From the NCBI RefSeq assembly GCF_963921235.1, contig NC_086118.1:28894001-28958000 (forward strand): a DNA stretch of 64,000 nucleotides, written 5' to 3'. Of the stretch, positions 22,630-36,240 are shown piece after piece. The first letter of the stretch is position 1, and the number at the start of each line of letters is the position of its first letter. Source of the DNA: Mobula hypostoma (taxonomy: Eukaryota). The notes below the pieces were generated by a model. The model saw only the letters and a program-made list of their open reading frames with translations. It searched no databases and was not told the origin of the DNA. The translations under genes and the position numbers were made by a program.

Positions 22630-23935
22630 AATTGATGTTCATGCTGTCAGATTGGAGGCTACCTAGATGGAACATGAGGTGTTGCTGCTCTTCATGGCAT
22701 AAGAGGAGGCCATGCACTGACATGTTGGAACAAGAATGGCGATATGAATTGAATTGGTTGTCCACAGGGAAATTCTGCTTTTTGCAGATGGAACTGAGGT
22801 GCTTGACAAAGCAGTCCCCAAATCTATGTCAGTCTGACCAATGTAGAGGGGGTCACACCGGGAGCACCGGGTACTGTAGACGAATTCAACAGGTTCGCAT
22901 GTGAAGTGTTGCCTCACCTAGAAGGACTGTTTCGGGCCCTGAATGGAGGTGAGGGATGGGGTAAATGGACTGGTGTAGCAACTATGCTGTTTGCAGTGTT
23001 AAATGCCAGGGGAGGGATGAATGGTCAGTGGCGAAGGCAAAGAGTGTGGAAGAGGCAATGATGTGTTTGGTGGTAGAGTCCCATTCAAGATGGTGGAAGT
23101 TGTGGAGAATGATGTGTCATAGGCAGAAGCTAATGGGGTGGTAGGCGAGGACAAGAGGAACTCTATCCCTGTCAAGGCAGTGGGAAAATGGGGTGAGCAT
23201 AGATGTCTGGGATGTGAAAAAGATGCATGTGGGAGCAGTGTCAATGGTGGAGGAAAGGAATCCCTGTTCTTTGAAAAAGGAGGACATCACTGATGACCTG
23301 GAAACAAAAGCCTCATTCTGGGAATAGATGTGGAATAGATAAAGGAAATGAGAAACTGGAATGGCACTTTTACAGGAAAAAGGGTGGGAACAGGTATTGT
23401 CCAGATAGCCATGGGAATCTCCAGTGATGGAGACAGAGAGATTGAGAAAAGAGGAGAGGTGTCAGAAATGGAACAAATGAATTTAAGGGTTGGGTGGAAG
23501 TTAGAGGGAAAGTTGATGTAATTGATGAGCTTATCATAGATGCATGAAGCAAAGCAGTCATCAATGTAGGGGAGGAAGAGTTGGGGAAAACTACCAGGGA
23601 AGGGTTGGAACATGGACTGTTCTATTAGCCAAAGAAAAGGCAGGCATGGCTGAGGCCCATGCAGATGCCCATGGCTATGTCTTGAGTTTGGAGAAAGTGG
23701 GAAGAGCCAAAGGAAAACTAGTGAGGACCAGTTCTACCAGAGAGAGAAGGCTGGTGGTGGAGGGGGACTGGACGGGTCTGTTAATAAGAAAGGAGAGCTT
23801 TAAGACCTTCTTGATGGGGCACAGAAGTATATAGGGACTGGTCTGGTGAAAATGAGGTGATCAGGATCAGGAAATGGAACGTTGTTGAGGAGCTGGAGAG
23901 CACTTGTAAGTGGATATAAGTGGAAAGGCATTGAA
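22630..23935 (-). mobile_element. Second, older Penelope-like element fragment
   Basis: FLPYIDDCF (RT YIDD), NFHPTLKFICSISD, LYTSVPHQEGLKAL, CSRCDPLYIGQT. Confidence 0.88.
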
Positions 23936-25374
23936 CCAAAAGGGATAACCAAGGAGGAATTGTTACTTTTAAAGAAGAAAATATCAGTAGCATATACTTC
24001 ACCAACTTGTGAAATTCTTTTGTGGGCAATATCATGCAATAAATCCTGGAAAGCAATTACATAATTAAGAATGACTTGCTGAATTTGAATTGTGGGTTTG
24101 TCGAATATGTTGGTAGATGTTCGGAGAAATGGTCATCTGAATGGATGTTGTCAAACTATTATCTCTGGGTTAAAAATAAATAAGTTGTGTCTAACCACTT
24201 TGCCCAGATTTTGTTTGAAGATAAAATCATAGGGACTTCAGGATAATGTGACACTGTAACTCATGAACCATTTTACAGGGTGCATACCCATTAAATATAT
24301 AAAGTTTTGAATTGAACAGTAGGAAGGTTGTTCATATGTTTAATTGTAATGAAGGAAGCAAACATAATGGGATGAATGTAGGATTAGTGTTAATCAGTGG
24401 TTAATGGTCTATTCAGATTCAATGAGCCAAAGACCTGTTTCTCTGCTGTATCTTTCTATAACTTTGGGTACTTATTGAAACATTCCATTCACAAAAAAAG
24501 TGATGTTGAATCTGTGTCTATCTTTGGTGAAGTTGATTTTGGTATCTATATCACAGGAATGATACAGAGTTATTGAGGGGATACAAGTAACCTACCAGCC
24601 TAGTCCCTGAATTTGAAGTCTAAGTTGTGAATAATAGTTGTTTGCCTTGGGTTTTCTTCTTTAAATGAGAGCTGAGGAAAATGTTGGATGTGGAAATTTT
24701 AGCTTCACAGAAGTTTATCAGAGGACAGATGATACAAGAGTTAAGGGTTTGAAAGTTAAGAACTGTCAAGATGAAATGGGGTTTTTAGCAGGCGAGTTTA
24801 TGGGTCTGATTCGAGTGGTGATAATGGAAGAGAAAGATTTTTTTAAATTAAGAATGGCATACTTGGCTATTCATTGCCAAACCATGTAAGAAGATCCATG
24901 TAATGGTAATGAAGTAGACTAGGTGCACCAAATTCCAGTGCCCAAAATATTGCTATATTGCTGCAGTTAATAAGAGGTTTTTTGTATAACAAAGGTTCAC
25001 TTAGCCTCAGTGTTCAGTTGCCAGTTTGGTTTATATTCTCATCAACCAAAAAAATTTAGTTTTTACTTGTTCTAATTATTTTTCCTCTCTGTCTGCATTA
25101 AGATCTAAGCATGGTGTAGCTAGACAGATGCATTTTTTTAATCTGAAATCACTATACTGGTATATCAGTTTTTGTGTGCAAGGGATGCATTTTCTGCAAT
25201 TCATAAAATAAGCAATATATCTGAACTAACAATGTTTTATGTTAAATAAATTGTAATAATCACTTATTTTCGAGATGCAGAGCATTGATGCTTTGAACCT
25301 AATATTAGCTTTATTTGATTCTTTCATGTGGTATAGTTACAATAAATATTGGCTAAAGTTAACACACTCATAAA

Positions 25375-25896
25375 CAATCATTGGGCATTTTACAAGGTAC
25401 AGGAATGGAACCCAATTTGGTCTTCTCTGCTGTAGCCCATCCATTGAAGGTTCAATACTTTGTGCGTTCAGAAGTGATCTTCTGCACACCACTCATTGTA
25501 ACACGTGATTATTTGAGTTACTGTCACTTTCCTGTCAGCTTGAACTATCAGCTATTCTTCTCTCATCTCTCTCATTAGAAAGGTGTCCTACCCACAGAAA
25601 TGACACTGATTTTCATGCCATTCCTTGTAATCTCTGGAGATGGTTGTCCATGAAAATCACAGGAAATCAGCAGTTTTTGAGAAACCACCCCATCTCAAAC
25701 CAACCACCATTTCATGATCAAAGTCACTTAGATCACATTTCTTCCCCATTCTGATCTCTGGCTTGAAAAACAACTGAACCTCTTGATCATGTCTGCATGC
25801 TTTAATGCATTGAGTTGCTGCTACATGATTGGCTAATTAAATATTTGCATTAGCAAGCATATGTATAGGTGTACCTAATAAAGTGGCCACTGAGCC
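25375..25896 (-). mobile_element. Non-autonomous Tc1-family element
   Basis: TIR cctaataaagtggccactgag; homologous to 49708-50359 and to the inverted copy 57854-58408. Confidence 0.8.
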
Positions 25897-26649
25897 TACT
25901 TATTATGTTAGTTAACTCCTGACGCCAAATACCTAAAGTCTTATCTACTATTTATGCTTCAGATTCAAGGCCTCTGTTCATTATTAATCCACCTTCTTTT
26001 TTTCTCACATCAGTATTTTATGTTGAAATTGACCAAGACAAGAAATTTTTCCCCTTTTGTTTAATTTCTTTTATAATTTTCTCAGCCAGTTTAGAGATCT
26101 TAAATAGGAATGAGCACTTCAATTCAGAATCTTAGTGACAAGAGGGTCAATGATATTTTCCTTCAGTTTTACAAAACCATTGATCTTGTCCTCCAGACAC
26201 TCAGACAGATGCTTTTGTATAATTGAGAAAAAGGGCTGCCTTGCCAGTATCTGTAAATGGAACGTGCTAATAGTACCGTACATCCAGACTGATTAGTGAG
26301 AGTGATGAAGAATTGATGAGTGGAACAGTTCTCTACTTGTACAAATCAGAGCAAGTATAATACCTATTATTAGATTAATGTGCATTATTATGATTGGTTG
26401 GGGGATCAGTTATTTCTTGAAGGTCTAAATGTATGATTCATTTATAATACTTGGGCTAGCCTTGTACTAAAATTGAATTCTGAATTCATCACACTGGTTA
26501 AAAATGGAATCCCAGACAATCATAGCAGATTATCTTTTTGACTTATTCAGAATTTTGATTGTGAACGTACTCTGACAAAAATTCAAAACAATTCTCATTG
26601 TTGTTAACAGCAATTATTATTACCTGCAGAGCTGAAATATTTTGTATTA

Positions 26650-27003
26650 TCATTATTCATTCACTCAATATGGGAGTTATTTACAAGGCCAATATTATTG
26701 ATCATTCCTAATTGCTGCCAAACTCATGGTCCACTCAGCCATTCAGAAGGCAGTTAAAAGTCATTTACATAAACTGTAGATCTGAAGTCACATCTCGGTC
26801 AGACCAGGTAAGATCAGAAGATCCCTGAACGACGTTAGTGAACCAAATTAGTTTTTATAGCAATCCAATACACCAAGGCCATCATTGCAAACATTTACTG
26901 TTTATTCCAGTTTATTGAATTAACTCATATTAAATTTCTAAGCTACTACCTTGGGTTTGAAGTCATTTCTATGGATAATCAATCTAAACTTCTGGATTAT
27001 TGA
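26650..27003 (-). mobile_element. Ancient elasmobranch tRNA-type SINE relic
   Basis: ggcagttaaaagtca..gtcacat..cagaccaggtaag..ttagtgaacca pattern recalled from a common shark SINE; 33535-33870 looks like a plus-strand relic of the same family. Confidence 0.5.
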
Positions 27004-28004
27004 TTAATTTCCTTCTTCTTTTCAGAGATTGTTCAGTTTGTAGCTGTACTAAAGATCTGTATTTGACTAAACCCAATGAATATGAAAACAACTTTTCCAA
27101 AACAGAACACAAATCTGTTTAATTGACATCTTGTTTGGATGTTATGTTTGTCACTTTGAGGACAAATATAGTCTGATTCATCAGCTCACACACTTTAAGC
27201 CAGAGTTGCATCCGCTACAGGATTTCTGAAGCATACTAAAGCGTTCACTGTGTCTACAAAAGCAGCTGTGTCCGTCCACTTAAGAATGCAAACATCTTTT
27301 CTTCTGCTTCCTGCTGCAGCTTTGGTTTGCTCCAATGCAACAGAACTGATCAGCTCAAAAAAGTAGGTAAGTACGAAAGAGGTAAATATTCACTGTAATT
27401 ATTGCTCCAAGGCCCAAAGACCACAACCTCTGCACCTGCCCTTTCCTTGCCCTCAATATCACCAGTAGTCAACTTCCTAAAAGCACCCTGCACCCCAGAG
27501 TGAACTCACTAAGATTGTGGCCTTCCCTGTCAACACAATACCAGCAATGAATCCAACGCTTCAGTCATTTTAACTGACTTCCCATCAGTACTCCCAAGCC
27601 TTTAATCTCCTTGGCAGATCACCCAAACAATACACAAAAGACTGCAATCTTCTTGGTCAACCCCACCCAAGTACTTTTAAGAGCTGTGGTCTGCCTATTG
27701 GATTTTCCCATGTACACACATGATTCTGTAGCCAACATAATCTTTGTTAATCAACCAACAAATTGTCTGAAGTACAATGACCTTCATATCCATTCCTATC
27801 AAATGTCAACTGCAGGTTTACATTCACAAGCAGTTTTGCTAAGCTTAACTATCTTCAGACCCATACCACCTAATGGCATTCACAAGCTCTGATCACCACC
27901 AGCTTTTGATTTCTGCAATACAACACACAATCCACAAGGAAATCAGAGCAGTGACCTATTAAGACTTTTACAATACAGCCATTTATGCAATAGAGGTTAT
28001 TGTT

Positions 28005-28292
28005 TCATATAACATTGAAACAAGCCCATCGAGTCTGCAGTGATCAACAAGCACTCATTTACACTAATTTTCCCCACATTCCCTTTCTCCCCACCAGATG
28101 TTATCGCTGTCCTTCACAGCCAGGTACAATTTGCTGCAGCCAATAAACCTTACCACACCTATATGGGATGTGGGAAGAAATCAGAGGCCCTGGAGGAAAC
28201 CCACATGACACCAAGCTCCACGCTGACAGCACCCTAGGTCAGGATCCGAACTGGGTCTTGGAGGTTGAGAAGCAGCAGCTGGTAGAGTTGCC
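28005..28292 (-). mobile_element. V-SINE-like element, degenerate
   Basis: tgggatgtgggaagaaatcagaggccctggaggaaacccac V-domain. Confidence 0.65.
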
Positions 28293-29409
28293 CCAACGTA
28301 TGAAACTAATGATGTGGTCAAGTGGCATTGGATCTCCCCTTATGAGCAAAGACAGTCATCACAGAGTAGTTTAGATGCCCATAAATGGACATTTCAGAAT
28401 TACTCAGCCAAAGCTTTTAAATTAGATTCCGGATATTAAAATTCCACTGTGTTTTCCCTTTACTGTTCCATGGTCATCAATCACCGAGCTAAAAATAACT
28501 TGGTAGTTAAGTGGTATGCTGCGCAAAAGAAAACACTAGAATATTTGACTAACACAAGCAGAAGTTCAACCTGCAAATGTATTTCTTTGGGTTCTACTGT
28601 TGTAAATCTGGAGAAATAGGCTGATGCTCAGGTCATGGGTAGATCTTACCCTTACGGCTAGCCCTCTAGCATCACTTAATTTACTCTTTCCCTCAAGTGT
28701 TAATAATATCATCCTTTTTCAAGATGATCCCCTCATTTTAGCAAACAAATTGATTGCACAGATCCATTCACCTGGTTTAGTCTCTCAGGTAACATCCATT
28801 TTGTGTGGCTGTCACCATGTGACTGGTGAAATTATTATTCAATATTGTCTGAATCTACCAATTACGAGTGTTGTGTAGCATTTTACTGATTCTGTTTTGT
28901 GTCTTGCAGAACATCTTAATGAGCTAGAAATACCGTCATCCAGTACAGCATTGTGTCTGTTTCACAAAGGAATTTAATTTACAACATGATTGGTTATTTA
29001 CTGAGAGGTTATGCAGTTTTCAAAATGTATTCTGTAATGTCTCTATGAATGAAGCATATGTACACGGAGGTAATCAGATATTCACTTTTAAGTGAATGGT
29101 TTTCAATGCACATTTTGGTATCACTTGGAAAAAAATTAATTTACTGATAGCACAGGTCTCTCATATGAAACCATAGAGAGTTGAGGACTGCTTCTGCATT
29201 AGTTAAATGGGCTCAGCTTTGCCTGTCTAATGCTGGGTCATTTGCAGCATTGTTCTTGTCATGTATGTCCTCCTGTGAACCTTCACCTGGTATTCAGTTA
29301 CACGTTTCATATAGATGCCACTCGGCAGTCCTATCATGTGTTCCATTCTCCATACCGAATGCTGTAGCATTTAAGTAGCTATTCTTAACATCCTAATGTC
29401 CCTTTAAGA

Positions 29410-32256
29410 GTCATAGAGTTATAGAGTCACAGAGAATTACAGGACGAAAAGGACTCTTTGGTCCATGCCAAACCATTTAAACTGCCTAATCCCATTACCT
29501 GCACCAGAATCATAGCCTGATCCATACCCCTACCATCCATGTACCTATCCAAACTTCACTTAAACATTGAAATTGGGCTCACATGCACCACTTGTGCCGG
29601 CAGCTTGTTCCACTCTCTCATGATCCTCAGAGTGAAGAAGTTTCCCTTCAAGTTCCCCTTAAAACTTTCACTTTTCACTCTTAAGCCATGACCTCAGGTT
29701 GTAGTCCCACCCAACCTCAGGGGGAAAATCCTGCTTGCATTTACCCTGTCGAAACCACTCATAATTTTGGAGACCTCTATCAAATCCCCTCTCAATCTTT
29801 TACATTCTGTGGAATAAAGTCCTAACCTACTCAAATTTTCCTTATAACTCAGGTCCCCCAGACTCAGCAACATCCTTGTAAATCTTCTCTTCACTTTCTC
29901 AATCTTACTTACACCTTTCCTGTAGGTAGGTGACCAAAACTGTACACGATACTCCAAATTAGCCCTCACCAATGTCTTAAACAACTTCAACATCACATCC
30001 CGTCTCCTGTGCTCAGTACATGGATTAATGAAGACCAAAATGCCATAGGCTTCCTTTACGGGGCTATCTTTCTATGACACCACTTTCAACGAATTATGGA
30101 CCTATTTTCCCAGATCCCTTTGTTCTACTACATTCCTCAGTGCTGTACCATTCACAATGTAAGACCTACCCTGACTGGTCTTACTGAGGTGCAACATCTC
30201 ACACTTATCTGCATTAAATTTCATCTGCCATTTCTCAGCCTATTTTTCAAGCTGAGCCAGATCCCTCTGCAAGTCATGATAGCCTTCCTCACTGTCCACT
30301 ACACCAGTCTTGGTGACATCCACAAATTTGCTGATCCAGATAACCATATTATCATCCAGATCATTGATATTGGTAATAAACAACAATAGACCTAGCACTG
30401 ATCCCTGCAGCACTCTACTAGTGACAGGTCTCTAGTCAGAGAGACTACTACCTCTGGTAGTAGAGGATCTACTACCACTCTTTGGCTTATTCCAATTTCT
30501 AATCCAATTTACAACCCTATCTTGAATGCTGAGTGACTGAACCTTCTTGACCAACCTCCAACACAGGACCTTGTTCATGTAGATCACATCACTTCCTTGC
30601 CTTCATCCACTTTCCCAGTAACTTCTTCGAAAAACTCTATGAGCTTGGTGAGTCGTGACCTACCATACACAAAGCCATGCTGACTATCCCTAATCAGTCC
30701 CTGTCTATCTAAATACATATATATCTGGTTCCTTAGAATACCTTCCAATAACTTTCCCACAACTGATGTCAGACTCACTGGCCTATAATTTCCTGTTTTA
30801 TGTTTAGAGCCTTTCTTAAACAGCAGGACAACAATAGCTATCCTCCAATCATCTGGTAGCTCTTCTGTCACTGAGGATAATTTAAATATCTCTGCTAGGG
30901 TCCGGGTAATTTCTGCACTTGCCTCCCGCAAGGTCCAAGAGAACATCTTGTCAGGCCCTGGGGATTTATCCACCTTGATATGCATCAAGATAATAAACAC
31001 TTCCTCCTCTGTAATCTGTACAGGGTCCATGAAGTTGATGCCGCTTTGCCTCACTCCTATAGACTCTTATAGGCACCTCCTGAGTAAATACAGATGCAAA
31101 AAATTATTTAAGATGTCTCCCATCTATTTTGGCTCCACACATGGATTACCATTCTGATCTTCCAGAGCACCACTGTCCCCTGTAATGCTTTTGCTCTTAA
31201 CATATAAGTAGAATCCCTTAGGATCTCTTTAACTTTGTCTATAGAGCAACTTCATGTTTTCTTTTAGCTCTTCTGATTTCTTTCTTATGTGTTCTCTTAT
31301 ATTTTTATAATCCATAAGCACCTCACTTGGTCCTACTTGCCTATGCCGGCCCTGCACCTCCGTTTTTCTCTTAACCAGCGCCTCAATATCTCTTGAAAAC
31401 CAAGTTTCCCGACACTTTTTATCTTTGCCTTTTATTCTGACAGACAGATATAAGCTTTGTTCTCTCAAAATTTCGCTTTTGAAGTCCTCCCACTTACCAA
31501 GTGCACTTCTGCCAGAAAACAGCTTGTCCCAATCCACACTTGCCAGATCAGTACTGATACCATCAAAATTGGCCTTTTTCCAATTTCGAATCTCAACGCG
31601 TGGGCCAGACCTATCTTTTTGCACATTTACTTTAAAGTTAATAGCATTGTGATCACTAGATGCAAAGTGATCCCCTGCACAAACTTCTGTCACCTGCCCT
31701 GTTTCATTCTCTAATAGCAGATCCAGTATTGCATACTCTCGCATTGGACTTCTACATACTGATTAAGGAAACTTCCCTGAAAACATTTGACAATCTTTAT
31801 CCCATCTAGTCCTTTGACAGAATGGGAGTCCTAATCAATGTATGGAACATTAAAGTCACCTTCTAAAACAGCCTTATGTTTCTTGCAACAGTCTGCAATC
31901 TGTCTACAAATGTGTTCCTCTAAATCCCTTGGACTGTTGGTGGTCTGTAATAAAGCCGCAATAACATGGTTGTACCTTTTTTATTTCTCAGTTTCATCCA
32001 TAACACCTCACTAGAGGAGTTCTCCAACATTTCCTCGTGGAGCATTGCCATGACATTGTCCCTGACTAGTAACATCACCCCTCCTCCTAAATCCCTCTAA
32101 CTCTGTCGTGTCTAAAATAATGGAACCCTGAGATACTGAGCAGCCAGTCCTGCCCCTCCAGGCAACCAAGTCTCACTAATGGCTACAATGTCATAATTCC
32201 AGGTGTTGTTTCATGCCCTGAGCTCATCCACCTTTCCTACGATACTTCTTGCATTG
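29410..32256 (-). mobile_element. CR1 LINE, ~2.85 kb (APE remnant + RT), disrupted
   Basis: AILDLLLENETGQV, DKSPGPD, NYRPVSLTSVVGKLLEGI, SQHGFVYGRSRLTKLIEFFEEVT, LGLYSTECKRLRGDLIEV. Confidence 0.95.
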
Positions 32257-32854
32257 CTGGATCCCAACGAGACTCCCAATCCCACTTCCACCACTCCAAG
32301 TCTGACCCTTCCTCTTTCAACAATTCTACCAACATCCCTACCGCCAATTTCCAATTGATCCATATGAGAAGTTACCAGATAAAAGAGATTAGCTTGTATA
32401 TCCCCATGTAATCCTCTGTTGACTATTGCTGCTTCAGTGTCTTCCACAACCATTTAACAATGAAAAATGTAAAAACAGCAGCATAATCTCATGAGTATCA
32501 CATCATCACTATGGCCCCAGGGGAATATTCATCTAAAGCATATGCTTCCTCTGCATTCTTGTGGTAGTGCTTTGATTTTAATGGACTTCACTCAAAGACA
32601 CCAAATAATCTTCACAGGAATGCTCATCATATGCACAGAGACGCCTAGGTGAACAATGTGCTCACGAAATACAGTTTTCCAGCAGAATTCCATAGCATGG
32701 TACAACTTAACATAGCTGCATACAACAGAATTTCCAGCTCTTTTTTTTTCATGTCAACACTACAAATTACTAGTGCCTAACCTCATGCAGATTTGTAAAT
32801 GATCAAGTTTTAATATCAGTTAATATTTCATCAGCAACAAAAAATATGGAGTAC

Positions 32855-33060
32855 TAGGTTTCTTCACACAGAAGCTGGTTCATATATGGAATGAACTGCC
32901 GAGGACAGCATTTAAAAGATATCTAGACAGGTAAATGGTTAGGATGGTTTAGAGTGATACGGGCCAATTCTGGACAGTAGGTCAAATTTAGATGGGCACC
33001 TTATGGATGAGTTGGACAGAAAGACACGGCTCTGTGTTGTATTGCTCTTTGGCTCTTATG
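32855..33060 (+). mobile_element. CR1 3' end fragment
   Basis: ttcttcacacagaag..tggaatgaactgcc..catttaaaaga..ggtttagag..gatacgggcc..ttggacagaaag. Confidence 0.7.
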
Positions 33061-33534
33061 ACAGGTTTGTCCTTTGCTTTTGTTTGTAGCTGCATTTTCC
33101 GGATCTGTTCTTATCTTAACAATTCTCATCGGGCAGGACTTCTTCATTGCCAAGCATTGCATGTAGACCAAACAGGAGCTACATTTTAATCAGGGCAGGA
33201 TGTCAGTAGTTCTCCCTGAATGAGTTAGTGTCCCACTGTCATATTATGCTGCCACTGACAAACTGATGAAGAGTTAACAAGATTTAACAACTGAGCCAAA
33301 TAACCTCAAGAGAAAGGACCCCTTAGAACTAAGTTGATAGTCTTTTTTTTTCCGTGGAAGTTAAGCACTCAAACACTTGTCCAGCTGAGAAACTTAGATA
33401 AAATATAGTTAATATTTGACATCAGTTAAACATCATTCTTTTTAAGGCAATAACAATCTTTCAAAAGGCTGAAGTGGGCTCCATATTTTAATTTTAGGCT
33501 GCAATATATTTCTAATAATGTGCATGGTTAAATT

Positions 33535-33870
33535 AAGTTGCTAGATTGGTATCCAGAGACCCAGGTTATTGATTTGAAGACATAAGTTCATATCCCACAG
33601 TAGTCACTTGTGAATTTAAATGAATTCAATTAAAACATATCTAAAATAGAAATCTGGTGGCCGTGAAACTATCTATTGCTTTAAAAAAATCAACTTGATT
33701 CAACAGATATCAATCCTTGCTCAGTCTGGTCAAAGTGGTGAAATGGGAGGCTGGCTCTTCATCCTCACCTGAAAAGACAAAATAGCAATCAGTTTAGCGG
33801 GAGACAACAAGCAATGTAATTCAAGTGCCATTCACGCCAGTAGTGGTCACATCCCATAAACAAATTAATG
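33535..33870 (+). mobile_element. Ancient elasmobranch SINE relic
   Basis: atccagagacccagg..ttcatatcccac..ccgtgaaact..cacatcccataaacaaat. Confidence 0.45.
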
Positions 33871-34294
33871 AAAAACAATTATATTAAAGAAAAAGAAATG
33901 ACCTAACTTTCAAATAACACTACACAGAGCTTATACCAGGGCAACATTTTTAAAATTTGCATCACTTTTATGATGAGTTATACCTTAGCAGTAGGACAGG
34001 GGAATGCAATTAATGAAGATACTTGTGTAGAATATTCAAAAGGAGGATTTGTGGTTGCAACTCTCTACCTCAATGTTTAAACAGCTGTCTTAGTATTTTT
34101 TCAACATTAGCTTTACTAATGCAGATACAGCCTCTGACTGCCAAGTTCTACTCTGCTGCAACCTTCCACCAGCCAGGGTGTTGCAGATACTGTGGAAATT
34201 CCCCACCATTTCCTTTCACCACCCACCACCCCATCATCTCCTTAGCTCTCTAGGAAACGCATGCTTGGATTTTTTCTTTCAAAGTATGTCCTTA

Positions 34295-36240
34295 TAAGAG
34301 CATAAGACACAGAGTAGGAGCAGATTTAGGTTGACCCATTGAGTCTGCTCTGAAATTTGTTTCTGCTCTCAACCACATTCTCCTGCTTTCTCCCTCTAAC
34401 CTTTCATTTCATTACTAATAATTTTTAAAAAATCGACCTTCACTTTAAATATACCCATTGATTTGACCTCCATGGCTGTCTATTGCAATGAATTCTAGAG
34501 ATTCACCAGCTTCTGACTAAAGAAGTTCAGCCTCATCTCTGTTCTAAAGTGATGCCCTTCTATTCTAAGGTTGTACCCTCTGATCCTAGATTCTCCTACG
34601 ATTGGAAAGATCACCTCCACATTCACTCTATCAGGGCCTTTTAATATTCAGTAGGCTTCAATGAGATCCCTCCTTACTGTTCTTGACTCCAGTGAGTACA
34701 AGCAGAGAGCAGTCAAATGCTCCTAATGCAATAACCCCTTCTTTCTCAGGGTCATTCCTATAAACGTCTCTGGACTCACTCCAATGCCAGCATATCCATT
34801 CTTAGATATGGGGCCCTAAACTGCTCACAATACTGAAAATGCGGTCTGACCAATACCTTATAAAACCTCAGCATTGCATCCTTGCTTTTATATACTATCC
34901 TCTTGAAATAATTGCTAACATTGCATTTGCCTTCCTTATTATCAATTCATCTGCAAGTTAACCTCTGTGGAATCTGTACTAGGACTCCAGAATACCTTTG
35001 CACCTCAAAGTCTGAAATCGTTCCCAATTTATTCCTTCTACTAAAGCGTATGCCGATACACTTCCCTACACTGTATTCCGTCTACCACTTCTTTACCCAT
35101 TCTCCTGATCTGTGCAAGTCCTTTTGCAGACTCCCTGCTTCCTCAACACTACCTGCTTCCCCTCCCCCCCCCACCCCCGCCATATATCTTTGTATAACCC
35201 ACAACTTGGGAAAAATCCATTAATTCTCACATCCAGATTATTGAAATGTAGTGGACCCAACACCAATTCCTGCAGAACACCACTTCTCAGGGGTAGATAA
35301 CCGGAAAAAGCCCCCTTTATTTCCACACTTTGCCTTCAGCCAGTTAGCCAATCTTCTATCCATGCAAATACCTTTCCTGTAATACTATGGGCTCTTATTT
35401 AGCAGCCTCATGTGTGACACCTTGACAAAGACCTTCTGAAAATCCAAATAAACTACATCCACTGACATCCTTTGTCTATTCTATCTGTAATTTCCTGGAA
35501 GAATTCCAAGAGATTTGTCAGGCAAGATTTCCTCTTCAGGAAACCATGTTGACTTAAGCTTAATTTATCATGTGCCTCCAAGTACTCCAAAACCTCATTT
35601 CTTTAAAAATAACCTTTAACATTTACCAACCACTGAGGTTAGGATAACAGCCCTCTTATTGCCTGACTTTGCCTCCCTCTTTTCTTAAGCAGTAGGGTGA
35701 CATTTGCAAAGCTCCATTCCACTAGAACTACTCCATAATCTAGTGATTCTTGAAAGAACACTGTGAATCCCTCCACAATCTCTTCAGCTACCTCTTTCAG
35801 AAACCAGGAGTGTGGTCCATCTGGTTCAGGTGACTTATCTATCTTCAGACCTTTCAGTTTCCTAAGCACCTTCTCTTTAGTAATTGTGACTGCACTTACT
35901 TTTACCCACTGACTCTCTTGAATTTCTAGCATATTGCTGGTGTCTTCCATAGTGAAGTTTGACACAATATACTTATTCATTTCATTCAACATTTCTTCGT
36001 TCCCCATTGCTACCTTTCCAGAATCATTTCCCAGTGGTTCAATATCCTTTCTTGCTTCCCTTTTACTCTTTACTATATCTGAAAAAAAATGTTTGGTATT
36101 TCCTTTTATATTATTGGCTAGCTTACCTTTATATTTCATCCTTTCTCTCCTTATTGTTTCTTTCTTGCTTTCCAGTAACTTTTAAAAGCTTCCTTGTCCT
36201 CTTGTTGCCCACTAATTTTTGTTATATTGTATGCTCCTCT
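34295..36240 (-). mobile_element. CR1 LINE, ~1.9 kb, disrupted
   Basis: KLANNIKGNTKHFF, LKIDKSPEPDGPH..LKEVAEEIV, SGVLQELVLGPL; cataag tail. Confidence 0.92.

Noticed and set aside
27320..27372. Candidate 47-bp exon (polypyrimidine-cag ... ag|gtaagt; FGLLQCNRTDQLKKV)
   Set aside because: Good-looking splice sites, but the peptide is unrecognised and such sites arise by chance in 64 kb; needs RNA-seq.
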